Below, one piece after another: positions 14,182 to 23,447 of a stretch of DNA of 64,000 nt (position 1 is the first letter of the stretch; each line of letters opens with the position of its first letter). The position numbers and the translations under genes are program-made. The stretch is from NCBI GenBank assembly GCA_038141925.1, contig JAYQJB010000002.1, forward strand, positions 515,493 through 579,492, read 5' to 3'. This DNA is from Gammaproteobacteria bacterium (lineage in GTDB: Bacteria; Pseudomonadota; Gammaproteobacteria; Magnimaribacterales; AG-339-G14). Below the pieces are notes generated by a model. That model had not been told where the DNA came from. It was given only the letters and a program-made list of their open reading frames with translations, and ran no database searches.

Positions 14182-14968
14182 CTATTTATCTACAATTGAA
14201 TTGAAGACTTCAATCACTGTATCGACAGGAATCGCAAAATTTAGCCCCTGATTTCCTCCAGAAGTAGATCTAATAACATTTACCACGCCTAGTAATCTTC
14301 CTTTATCATCAATTAATGCACCGCCAGAGTTTCCTGGATTTATTGATGCATCAGTTTGGATAAAATTTCCTTTTTTATCTTGGAAAGTTCTATCTATGGC
14401 ACTAACAATACCCTTACTGAATGATTGCCCTAATCCTTGAGGATTACCAATTGCAATTACAGACTCTCCAACTTTAACCTGATCTATGTTTTTTCTTATT
14501 TTAAAGGGCTTTAGATCAATCGAATCAATAATTCCTAAAACTGCAATATCTGCTTCTAAATCAAATCCTAAAATTTGGGTTTTAACTGTTTTTCCCTAAA
14601 TGATTCTCTACTATTAATTCTTGATTTTGATTAAAAGCATCACTAATAACGTGAAAGTTTGTAACTATTAGATTTTTTTCAATAACAACTCCCGATCCAT
14701 TAGGAAAAAGTCCGGTTTTTACAACTCGTCTGTTGAATTTAAAACCAAATTCATTAGATTGTTCTTGCCACGCCTTCCATTTTTTTATTGTCCAAATATT
14801 TACAACCGAAGGGGAAGTTCTTTCGAGTACATTCGAAATATCATGATAGATAGGGATATAGATATCAGTTTTGCCATAAAAACTAGAAAAAACTAAAGCA
14901 GAAAGGGCGCCTAAAACTATCCATAAAGATATGACAAAATAACTTTTTTTGATCATTGGTAATAGCAA
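14182..14968 (-). CDS. Membrane-anchored trypsin-like S1C serine protease (DegS/AlgW-like, no PDZ; frameshift near 14582)
   Basis: N-terminal TM helix. The downstream frame reads ...DIAVLG...TDASINPGNSGGALID...GLNFAIP, i.e. the catalytic Ser motif GNSGG. It ends about 40 aa after that motif. Confidence 0.7.
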
Positions 14969-15013
14969 TTATAACCTCTCTGAGTTATCATTCTCGCCTT
15001 TCAAAACTTATTT

Positions 15014-15442
15014 ATGGAAACTAAGAGTTATAAGAGCGGTAATGTCGAAAAAAATTGGCATCTTGTTGATGCTGAGGACAAAGTTTTAGGCAGATTGGCT
15101 GTGAAAATAGCAACAATTCTCTCAGGTAAAAACAAAGCCCAGTATTCCCCAAATGCTGACTTAGGTGACTTTGTAGTAGTTGTTAATGCTGAAAAAGTTA
15201 AGGTAACCGGTAATAAATTTTCTCAAAAAAACTATTATCATCACACCGGCTATCCTGGAGGACTAAAGACAAAATCTTTTGAAAAGATGCAAGAAGATTC
15301 TCCTGAAAAAATAATTGAAAAAGCTGTTAAAGGAATGCTTCCTAAAAACAAACTTGCTAATCAAATAATTAAAAAGTTAAAAGTTTATTCTGGTTCAGTT
15401 CATCCTCACATTGGACAGCAACCTAAGGAATTATCTATTTAG
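15014..15442 (+). CDS. rplM: 50S ribosomal protein L13
   Basis: 142 aa, with ...[15 protein letters not shown]... and the canonical rplM-rpsI pair. Confidence 0.95.
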   Translation: METKSYKSGNVEKNWHLVDAEDKVLGRLAVKIATILSGKNKAQYSPNADLGDFVVVVNAEKVKVTGNKFSQKNYYHHTGYPGGLKTKSFEKMQEDSPEKIIEKAVKGMLPKNKLANQIIKKLKVYSGSVHPHIGQQPKELSI

Positions 15443-15446
15443 TAAT

Positions 15447-15836
15447 ATGTCAGAAACAATATATGCAACAGGAAGACGAAAAAGCGCAACTGCTAGAGTT
15501 TACCTATATGAAGGCTCTGGAAACATATTAATAAATGATCTACCTTTAGAAGAATACTTCGGAAGAGAAGTAGCTAAAATATTGGTTAAACAGCCATTGA
15601 TGCTTTTAGATTGTGATCAGAAATTTGATTTCAAAATTAAAGTTTCTGGTGGAGGTTCCTTTGGTCAAGCTGGCGCCATAAGACATGGTATTTCAAGAGC
15701 GCTGGAAAAAAAGAATAGTGAATTCAGAGGAGCATTAAAGTCCGCAGGCTATTTAACAAGAGATTCAAGAAAAGTGGAAAGAAAAAAAGTTGGATTAAGA
15801 AAAGCAAGAAAAGCACCTCAATTCAGCAAAAGATAA
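15447..15836 (+). CDS. rpsI: 30S ribosomal protein S9
   Basis: [18 protein letters not shown]...KAPQFSKR. The ATG at 15447 is preferred over the upstream alternative start. Confidence 0.95.
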   Translation: MSETIYATGRRKSATARVYLYEGSGNILINDLPLEEYFGREVAKILVKQPLMLLDCDQKFDFKIKVSGGGSFGQAGAIRHGISRALEKKNSEFRGALKSAGYLTRDSRKVERKKVGLRKARKAPQFSKR

Positions 15837-15839
15837 AAT

Positions 15840-16433
15840 ATGCAACCCAAAAGTCCTCCTAATCCTGGTAGAAGGAAATTTCTTACATATACAACTTCAT
15901 TCCTGGGAATTATAGGGGCATTTTTTACGGCGATACCATTTGTCAGTGCCTTTAAACCTAGTGCTAAAGCTGAAGCAGCAGGTGCGCCTGTTAAAGTTGA
16001 TGTTTCAAAGTTACTTCCTGGAGAAATGATGACTGTTGAATGGAGAGGAAGGCCTGTTTTCGTCGTAAATATTCCAGAAGAAAATACAAATTTCATAACT
16101 AAAAATCTTGAAAGATTAGCTGACCCTGATATGGATGATCCTTCTCAACCGGAATATGCGAAAAATGAAATAAGGTCTAGAAAAAAAGGAATTGCAGTTT
16201 TGACCGGAGTTTGTACCCATTTGGGCTGCGCTCCAAAGTATTACCCAGAAGCAAAGCCAGAGGATTTTGATTCAAATTGGCAGGGAGGATTTTTTTGTCC
16301 TTGTCATGGTTCGAAATTTGATTTGGTTGGAAGAGTTTATGCAAACGTTCCAGCTCCTACAAATTTAGTTGTGCCTCCACATTTTTTTGAAAAAGATAAT
16401 CTATTGGTTATCGGTTCAGACGGAGTAAGTTAA
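15840..16433 (+). CDS. petA: Ubiquinol-cytochrome c reductase Rieske iron-sulfur subunit
   Basis: Rieske boxes CTHLGC and CPCHGS. Has a Tat-like N-terminus (GRRKFL). Confidence 0.9.
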   Translation: MQPKSPPNPGRRKFLTYTTSFLGIIGAFFTAIPFVSAFKPSAKAEAAGAPVKVDVSKLLPGEMMTVEWRGRPVFVVNIPEENTNFITKNLERLADPDMDDPSQPEYAKNEIRSRKKGIAVLTGVCTHLGCAPKYYPEAKPEDFDSNWQGGFFCPCHGSKFDLVGRVYANVPAPTNLVVPPHFFEKDNLLVIGSDGVS

Positions 16434-17687
16434 TGAGCGAAAACACTATTGGAAAAAAAGCCTTGATTGGGTAGATAAAAGGTTTCCCGTAATCGACCTT
16501 TTCGAAAGGCATCTTTCTAAATATTATTCTCCTTCCAACATAAATATTTGGTATTTATTTGGCTTTCTTTTATTGATTGTTTTGGTAATGCAGATTCTAA
16601 CCGGTTTGTGGTTGATGATGAATTATACCAATACAGCAGAAGGTGCATTTTCTTCAATTGAATACATTATGCGGGATGTAGATTATGGCTGGCTTATCAG
16701 ATACATGCATGCTGGCGGTGCATCAGCATTTTTTGCATTGATTTATCTGCATATGTTTAGAGGCATGATGTATGGTTCATATCAGAAGCCAAGAGAATTA
16801 ATTTGGGTTGGTGGATGGTTTGTTTATGTCCTTCTATGCGCAGAAGGTTTTACAGGCTATGTTCTTCCCTGGGGACAAATGTCATTTTGGGCGGCACAAG
16901 TAATTATATCTCTTGTAGGTTCTATTCCATACTTTGGAGAAGATCTTGCTATTTGGATCAGAGGTGATTACATAGTCTCAGGAATTACTTTATCGAGACT
17001 TTTTGCATTTCATGTAGTTTTATTACCTATTTTAATTATTGCAGTTGTTTTCTTTCACATTTTAGCTCTTCATGAAATTGGCTCTAATAATCCAGACGGC
17101 ATAGATGTTAAAAAACATACAGATCAGGATGGAGTTCCATTGGATGCCAAACCTTTCTTTCCATATGACATAACTCACGATTTTTATGCATTGGGAGTAT
17201 TTTTATTAATTTTTTGCACAGTGATATTTTTCTTTCCAGAAGGGGAGGATATATCATCGAGTACGTTAACTATGAGCCAGCTAATCCACTATCTACTCCA
17301 GCTCATATTGTTCCATCTTGGTACTACACTCCGTTTTACGCAATGCTTAGAGCAATAGATTTCCCTCTATTTGGATTAACCGCTAAATTTCTGGGATTTG
17401 TAGTTATGGCTGCAGGAATTGCAATTTTTGCAGCTTTACCTTGGTTAGATAGAAGCCCAGTCAAATCAATTAAATATAAAGGTATCTTCAGTAAAGTTTT
17501 TCTAGCTGGTTTTGTGATTAGTTTCTTCGTCCTAGCATATCTTGGATCTGTCCCTCCTACAGAGACTAAGAATATGCTTGCGAAAATATTTACTTTTCTT
17601 TATTTCGCCTATTTTCTCTTGATGCCTTTTTATACGAGATTTGAGAAATGCAAACCTGTACCAGAGCGTGTTGGAGATACAGCTTGA
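16433..17687 (+). CDS. petB: Cytochrome b of the bc1 complex (at least two frameshifts)
   Basis: MSENTIGKK... starts at a TAATG overlap with petA. Fragments carry [12 protein letters not shown], the PWGQMSFW motif and the C-terminal PEWY-region equivalent ([10 protein letters not shown]). Confidence 0.9.
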
Positions 17688-18346
17688 AAATCCTTTTTTA
17701 TCTCACAATCATAACCTCGTCTTTATTTATCTTTTCTGCAGGAGAATACCGATGCGGCTCTATGGAGTGTGATTACTTCGAAGCAGATGTTTCAGATAAA
17801 GCTTCTTTGCAAAGAGGATTATCTACTTACATGAATTATTGCTATGGCTGTCACTCCCTTAAGTATTCTAGATATAAAAGGGTTGCAGAAGATTTACTTA
17901 TTCCTTTGGAAATGTATGAGAATAATTTAATTTTTGATGGTTCAAAAATAGGGGAACTTATGGAGATAAGTTTGACTAAAGAAGATGCAATAAATTGGCT
18001 TGGGGCTTATCCTCCTGATCTCACTTTAGAGGCCAGATTGAGAAGGCCTGATTGGATATATACTTACTTAAGAAATTATTATCCTGACTCTTCTAGACCT
18101 TATGGAGTAAACAACAGGGTTTATCAAAATGTAAATATGCCTCATGTTTTAGAAGACATGCAAAATAATCTTTCCGAAAACCAATATGATCAAGTTATAT
18201 ACGATTTAACCAACTTCATGACATATGTGGCAGATCCCTCTGCAGAACAACGCAAAAGAATTGGGACTTATGTTCTACTTTTTTTGATAATTTTTACTGC
18301 TTTTGCTTATATGACATATAGAGAATTTAAAAAAGATTTAAAATAG
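17684..18346 (+). CDS. petC: Cytochrome c1
   Basis: Signal peptide from TTG 17684, heme motif CYGCHS and a C-terminal TM anchor. Confidence 0.85.
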   Translation: MKILFYLTIITSSLFIFSAGEYRCGSMECDYFEADVSDKASLQRGLSTYMNYCYGCHSLKYSRYKRVAEDLLIPLEMYENNLIFDGSKIGELMEISLTKEDAINWLGAYPPDLTLEARLRRPDWIYTYLRNYYPDSSRPYGVNNRVYQNVNMPHVLEDMQNNLSENQYDQVIYDLTNFMTYVADPSAEQRKRIGTYVLLFLIIFTAFAYMTYREFKKDLK

Positions 18347-18350
18347 TTTT

Positions 18351-18983
18351 ATGAGTCTTCTAAGCAACAGGTCTGCTATGGTTTTGTTCCATGATGATAT
18401 TGGTCATAGATCACAGAAAGTTAGGATTGTAATTGCTGAGAAAGGAATAACTTGTAATTTGGAGGTGCTAAGTAAAGATGATCTTCCTAAAGAAATTTTA
18501 GAGATAAACCCTGATGGTCATTTACCTCTTTTAGTTGACAGAGAACTCTCCTTGTATCACTCTGGTTTGATTGTTGAATATCTTGATGAAAGATTTCCTC
18601 ATCCACCTCTTTTACCTGTTTACCCAGTTTCTAGAGCTCAATTTAGATTAATCCTTCAAAGAATTGAAAAGGACTGGGCAGAAAATTTAGATGTCCTTGA
18701 AAATTCAAATTCTTCAAAACCACAAATTACAAAAGCAAGAAACGACTTACAAAAAAATATTTCAAACTCTTTGGCGATGTTTGACAATAAAAAATTCTTC
18801 AGAAATGACGAGTTTTCAGTCTTGGATGCTGTAATCATTCCAATACTTTTGAGACTTGATCATCATCAAATTAAAATTCCTAACAATAAAGCATCAAAAC
18901 CTCTTTTTGATTATATTGAAAGGATGCAAGACTTACCTAGTGTCAAAGAAAGTTTTACTTCATTAGAAATAGAATTACTTTAG
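18351..18983 (+). CDS. sspA: Stringent starvation protein A (GST-like)
   Basis: 210-aa GST fold with the ...LVDRELSLYHSGLIVEYLDERFPHPPLLP motif. Follows petABC as in Pseudomonas. Confidence 0.8.
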   Translation: MSLLSNRSAMVLFHDDIGHRSQKVRIVIAEKGITCNLEVLSKDDLPKEILEINPDGHLPLLVDRELSLYHSGLIVEYLDERFPHPPLLPVYPVSRAQFRLILQRIEKDWAENLDVLENSNSSKPQITKARNDLQKNISNSLAMFDNKKFFRNDEFSVLDAVIIPILLRLDHHQIKIPNNKASKPLFDYIERMQDLPSVKESFTSLEIELL

Positions 18984-18985
18984 CT

Positions 18986-20047
18986 TTATTGAAAGCCAAT
19001 TTTTTCTGGCGTGATAAAAATTCTATTTTCATCTTTTGTATATTCACCTAACAGTCCGTTAAACCTAGTGTTGATACCTCTGCCTAGAAATAATAGTGAA
19101 TCAAATCCTAAAGCATAAAAAAGCTTTTCTTGAATTTGTTTCTTTGAAAACTCATCATCAAATAAAAAGCTATTATTCAATAAGATAGGGTGCTCTAAGC
19201 CTTTTAAATTAGAACTAAATTCCTTTTTTGAAAATCTCCACAAATCAAGTTGACCAGGAAGGATATAAATTTCAGGTTCAAAAATTAAGTTGAAATTAAT
19301 TGCAGGGATGATTCTTTCAGCTGAAACTTCTTTTGTATTAATGATAATTTTTTTTACATCTTTCCTGAATCTTGGAGTTTGATAAATTCTGTTTTGAGTT
19401 ATTCTTTCTAACTCCCTTTTTCTGTTTGAACTTTTATTAATCTCGAAAAGGTTTGAAATTCTATTTTCAATATTTGATTGCTTTTCGATTAAAAAATAAT
19501 TTTCTGCTTTTAATTCTTTGTCAGTTAAAACTACCGATTCTTCTCGAAGAATCTCAGGTTCTGAACTATAAAGATATTCAACATAGTCATAGAAAGGATC
19601 AATGAAATTGAGATTTAATTTAACTTTTTCTTTTAATCCGACGATAACCAAAATATTGTTGTTATTTTTTAAATTACAACTTTTCAAAATATCTTCTAAG
19701 TAATTATTGAGGAAAATTATTTTTTTTGTTTTTGTTAATATTTTTGAGCAATCAAAAGATTTTTCTTTGGAAAAATCTATAAAGTTGATTTGAGAATTTC
19801 TTTTCTGACCTTCCCTTAAAGTAAAGAAACCATTCTTTATTCCCTCTAAAAAGGATTTCTGAAAAGCGGTTTTGTCTTCAAAAAAAACAATGTCTATGTT
19901 TGAGTTTAATCGAGGTGAACTCAGAACAAGATCTTTACTTTTAAACTCATCAATACCGTCTTCTTTTTTGGAGTATTCATTGCTAGATAAAGTGCAGCAA
20001 GTTAGGATGAAAACTAAGACAACATTTGAGATTATTTTTTTTAACAT
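18986..20047 (-). CDS. lpoA: LpoA-family lipoprotein (PBP1A activator), short form
   Basis: Start placed at MLKKIISNVVLVFILTCC (signal peptide plus lipobox Cys). Divergent from rsmI as in E. coli yraL/yraM. About 353 aa, corresponding to the C-terminal domain only. Confidence 0.5.
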   Translation of the reverse strand: MLKKIISNVVLVFILTCCTLSSNEYSKKEDGIDEFKSKDLVLSSPRLNSNIDIVFFEDKTAFQKSFLEGIKNGFFTLREGQKRNSQINFIDFSKEKSFDCSKILTKTKKIIFLNNYLEDILKSCNLKNNNNILVIVGLKEKVKLNLNFIDPFYDYVEYLYSSEPEILREESVVLTDKELKAENYFLIEKQSNIENRISNLFEINKSSNRKRELERITQNRIYQTPRFRKDVKKIIINTKEVSAERIIPAINFNLIFEPEIYILPGQLDLWRFSKKEFSSNLKGLEHPILLNNSFLFDDEFSKKQIQEKLFYALGFDSLLFLGRGINTRFNGLLGEYTKDENRIFITPEKIGFQ

Positions 20048-20870
20048 GACAGGAACATTATATTTAGTTGCTACACCAATTGGTAACTTAGAGGATATAA
20101 CTTTAAGAGCAATTCGAATACTTAATGAGTCGAGCATTGTTCTTGCAGAGGATACAAGAAATTCAAAAAAACTTTTTGTAGCGCACAAAATTGCTAGCAA
20201 GTTGGTTTCTTATAATGACTTTTCATCTCAGAAAAAAATTTCTTCGATAATAAAACATCTAAAAGATGGTAAAACTATTTCTTTGATCTCAGATGCTGGA
20301 ACACCTCTAGTCTCAGATCCAGGTCATGAATTGGTTTCACAAGTCATCAGCGAGAATATTAAAGTTGAAAGTATTCCAGGTCCTTCTTCAGTAATTTCAG
20401 GATTAATTACTTCTGGATTTAAAAATAATAAGTTTATTTTCGAAGGCTTTTTACCAAAAAAATCTAGCGAGTTAAAATCACTGCTTTCAAAATGCAATTT
20501 TGAAACAAAGACAATTGTTTTCTTTGAATCCCCTTACAGAATCAAAAAAAACTTTAAAAGTCATGAGAGATGTTCTTGGTAAAATAGAAGAATAAGTATT
20601 GCTCGTGAAATGACTAAAATGCATGAAACAATTTTAAGAGGCACAATTGAGGAGTTGAACCACATTGCAGATGTGGATTTGAACCTTACTAGAGGAGAAA
20701 TTGTTATTGTTTTAGAAGGATCTGATAAGAGAGATGATGAATTTGACAACAAATTGGATTATTTGTATTCAGCATTATCAAATGATCTTTCCTTGAAACA
20801 ATTTTCAAAGGTTTTTTCTAAAATTTCAAAACAAAGCTCAAAAGAAATTTACAACAAATATAAAGAATAA
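20046..20870 (+). CDS. rsmI: 16S rRNA 2'-O-ribose C1402 methyltransferase (two compensating frameshifts near 20545-20585)
   Basis: MTGTLYLVATPIGNLEDITLRAIRIL..., ...FFESPYRIKK / ...IAREMTKMHET. Both large ORFs are in the same frame, with a short out-of-frame stretch between two A-runs. Confidence 0.85.
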
Positions 20871-20881
20871 GTATAATTCTT

Positions 20882-21220
20882 GCGAGCTGACCGAGTAATC
20901 GCTGCATTGCAGAGGAAAGTCCGGGCTCCATAGGAAAAAGTGCCAGGTAACTCCTGGAGGTAAGTTTTAAAAAGCTTACTATGGAAAGTGCAACAGAAAA
21001 TAAACCGCCTTAGGGTAAGGTTGAAAAGGTGAGGTAAGAGCTCACCGTGTTTTTTGGTAACAAAGAATAGCTAGGTAAACCCCACTTGGAGCAAGGCCAA
21101 ATAGAGATTTTATAATGTTTTCCGCATTGAATCTGGGTAGGCCGCTAGAAATTCATGGCGACATGAGTTCGAGATGAATGATTACTTCAAACAGAACCCG
21201 GCTTATGAGTCAGCTCAATC
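20882..21220 (+). ncRNA. rnpB: RNase P RNA, bacterial type A
   Basis: P4 strands GAGGAAAGTCCGGGCTCCATAGG and ACAGAACCCGGCTTA. Also GGTAAACCCCAC...GCAAGGCCAAATAG. P1 pairing is GAGCTGAC (20884-20891) with GTCAGCTC (21209-21216). Confidence 0.9.
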
Positions 21221-21289
21221 CACTTTAGCAGCCTTTATTACAGCGTAAGAATCTGTTTTTTTAGAGTTTTATTATATTTACAATCCCTT

Positions 21290-21329
21290 AAAAGTGTGTA
21301 AAAGTGTGCAAAAGTATACATTAGTGTAA
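21290..21329 (+). promoter_or_regulatory. Putative MraZ operator: four 10-bp-phased direct repeats (AAAAGTGTGT AAAAGTGTGC AAAAGTATAC ATTAGTGTAA)
   Basis: The repeats end 17 nt upstream of the mraZ ATG. Phased direct repeats are the known MraZ operator architecture. Confidence 0.5.
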
Positions 21330-21346
21330 CTTTTTGGGACTACTTT

Positions 21347-21823
21347 ATGGCTGGACTTTATGGGTTTAGCAGTCTTTCCTTGGACACAAAGGGAAGAATT
21401 GTTATACCTGCAAGATACAAAGACTTGTTGAAGGAAATGGCTTCAGGGTCGATTATTATCACTCGAGATCCTCAATATCCTTCACTCTTGATTTATCCAG
21501 GAGCATTGTGGAAGAAAATTTCCGATGCCTTTGAAAATCTATCTGGCCTAAATCCAAAAATTAGATCTTTACAGTGGAATTTCCTTGGAAATGCTCATGC
21601 TATTGATTTTGAAGTCTCTGAAAGAATGACCCTTCTTATTCCACAGTCCCTAAGAAATTACAGTCAAATTAAAGAAAAAACTAAAGTTGTACTCATTGGT
21701 ATGGGTCAAAAACTAGAACTATGGAGTGAAAAAAACTGGAAACTCAAAGAAGAAGGGAAAAACGTAAAAGGCGAAAGACTAGAAATTGAACTTCCAAGTG
21801 AAGTTCAGGAGATCCCGTTTTGA
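21347..21823 (+). CDS. mraZ: Transcriptional regulator MraZ
   Basis: 158 aa, ...LDTKGRIVIPARYK..., a duplicated SpoVT/AbrB-like fold. First gene of the dcw cluster. Confidence 0.9.
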   Translation: MAGLYGFSSLSLDTKGRIVIPARYKDLLKEMASGSIIITRDPQYPSLLIYPGALWKKISDAFENLSGLNPKIRSLQWNFLGNAHAIDFEVSERMTLLIPQSLRNYSQIKEKTKVVLIGMGQKLELWSEKNWKLKEEGKNVKGERLEIELPSEVQEIPF

Positions 21824-22692
21824 ATTATTCTCATGAACCAGTTTTATTGAAAGAGACTCTTAATAATCTCATTTATGATAAAAGCGGTTCATACCTTGAC
21901 TGCACCTTTGGTTTAGGTGGACACTCAAAAAAAATTCTAGAAAATCTTAATTCGGATGGCAGTCTTTATTCAATTGATAAAGATAAAGAGGTCAAACATT
22001 ATGCAAATCTTATCAAGGATGAGAGATTTAATTTCCAAACATCAACTTTTTCAAATATCTCGAGCTTATTTTCAAAAAATACTATGAATGGTGTTCTTTT
22101 TGACTTAGGAGTCTCTTCTCTTCAATTAGATAAGCCTGAAAGAGGCTTTAGCTTTATGCGTGAGGGAGAACTGGATATGAGATTTGATAATAGTTCTGGA
22201 ATGTCTGCTAAAGAATGGATAGATAGCGCATCAGAAAAAGAACTTGCAGACGTTTTTTATTTTCTTGGAGAGGAAAGAAAATCTAGACAGTTTGCAAAAA
22301 AAATCATCCAAGCAAGGAAAGATACAAATATTTCTTCAACTAAAAATCTGGCAGAGCTTTTCAAACCAAAAGGTTTCCAAAAAAAACATCCAGCCACAAA
22401 TATTTTTAGAGGCATAAGAATCTTAATTAATAATGAATTTGAGGAATTAAAGGAAGGCCTAATTTCAGCAATAAAAGTTTTAAAAGACAGGGGCATTTTA
22501 GCTGTCATAAGCTTCCATTCAGCCGAAGACAGAATAGTTAAAAACTTTTTCAAAAAAGATTACAAGAATTTTTTTGAGGGTATTAACTTGAAAAACGTTA
22601 ATAAAATTAAACCATCCAAGGAGGAGAAATCAACTAATCCTCGATCTAGAAGTGCAATTTTAAGAATTGGGGAAATAGAATATGTCTCTTAA
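21820..22692 (+). CDS. rsmH: 16S rRNA m4C1402 methyltransferase
   Basis: HEPVLLKE..., DCTFGLGGHS, DLGVSSLQLD, SFHSAEDRIVK. Confidence 0.9.
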   Translation: MNYSHEPVLLKETLNNLIYDKSGSYLDCTFGLGGHSKKILENLNSDGSLYSIDKDKEVKHYANLIKDERFNFQTSTFSNISSLFSKNTMNGVLFDLGVSSLQLDKPERGFSFMREGELDMRFDNSSGMSAKEWIDSASEKELADVFYFLGEERKSRQFAKKIIQARKDTNISSTKNLAELFKPKGFQKKHPATNIFRGIRILINNEFEELKEGLISAIKVLKDRGILAVISFHSAEDRIVKNFFKKDYKNFFEGINLKNVNKIKPSKEEKSTNPRSRSAILRIGEIEYVS

Positions 22693-22951
22693 ATACATAT
22701 CATTTCTTTCTCTTTTGTTCATCTTAACTTTTGTTTTGTTAGTTTACTTACAGCTGGACTTTAATATAAAAAAAACAAATTCAGATATTTATAAACTAAC
22801 AAAAGCATTTAATTATGAATTGGATGAGAATCTCTCTTTAAATAGCAGAATACAATTAAAAAAATCTCTAAAAGAAGCTTATGAGAATTCTTCGCAAAGC
22901 CTTTCTATGACCAGACCAGATGAGATATTAAAGATTGAGGTTGCAAATTGA
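22682..22951 (+). CDS. ftsL: Cell division protein FtsL
   Basis: 89-aa bitopic protein (TM helix plus coiled coil) directly after rsmH. Confidence 0.6.
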   Translation: MSLKYISFLSLLFILTFVLLVYLQLDFNIKKTNSDIYKLTKAFNYELDENLSLNSRIQLKKSLKEAYENSSQSLSMTRPDEILKIEVAN

Positions 22952-23447
22952 ATATCAAGCTTAATCCAAAGATATTTTTTCTTTTTTCATTTGTCTTATC
23001 CAGTGGTTTTGTAATAGCTTCCTCCATTGACGGTTTAAATTTTAAAGATAGAGAGTTAACAAAAATACCTTATTTTTATTTAAATGATGATGAAGTCATT
23101 TCTCAAAACGGCAAATCAATCCTTCTTAAGGACAATGATTCTTTATCTTTGGTTAATTTATCAACTGCTGGCAAAGAACCTTTAGGGTTGATAAGTAATT
23201 ATTACGCAATTCAAGAGGTCCTACTGTTGAAAGATCTTCAAATTGAAGAAATGGAACATAAAAAATTTGGGCAAATAAAAATTCAGACGACCAATAAGAA
23301 ATTTATTAAATTTCAAGATTTTCAACTCCTGATCAACTTAGAACCCTGAAATTATTCTTCCAGAGCAAAGATTCACAAAATTTATTAAAAAACTTTAAAA
23401 CCATAGATCTTAGACATAAAGATAAATTAGCAATTGGATATTATTAA
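22948..23447 (+). CDS. ftsQ: Miniature FtsQ-like protein (two frameshifts near 23345 and 23385)
   Basis: N-terminal TM helix. The tail in shifted frames reads ...PEIILPEQRFTKFIKNFKTIDLRHKDKLAIGYY, resembling the FtsQ C-terminal ...RL.RF...VDLRY motif. TAATG overlap with ftsA. About 165 aa. Confidence 0.45.

Noticed and set aside
15818-16096. A 92-aa minus-strand ORF. Similar antisense ORFs occur inside ftsZ (24956-25186), mreB (5624-6178), eno (45262-45657), dnaB (39170-39955), pncC (49260-49619) and murF (29425-29760).
   Set aside because: All lie entirely within well-supported conserved genes on the opposite strand and have no recognisable family features, so they are treated as shadow ORFs.
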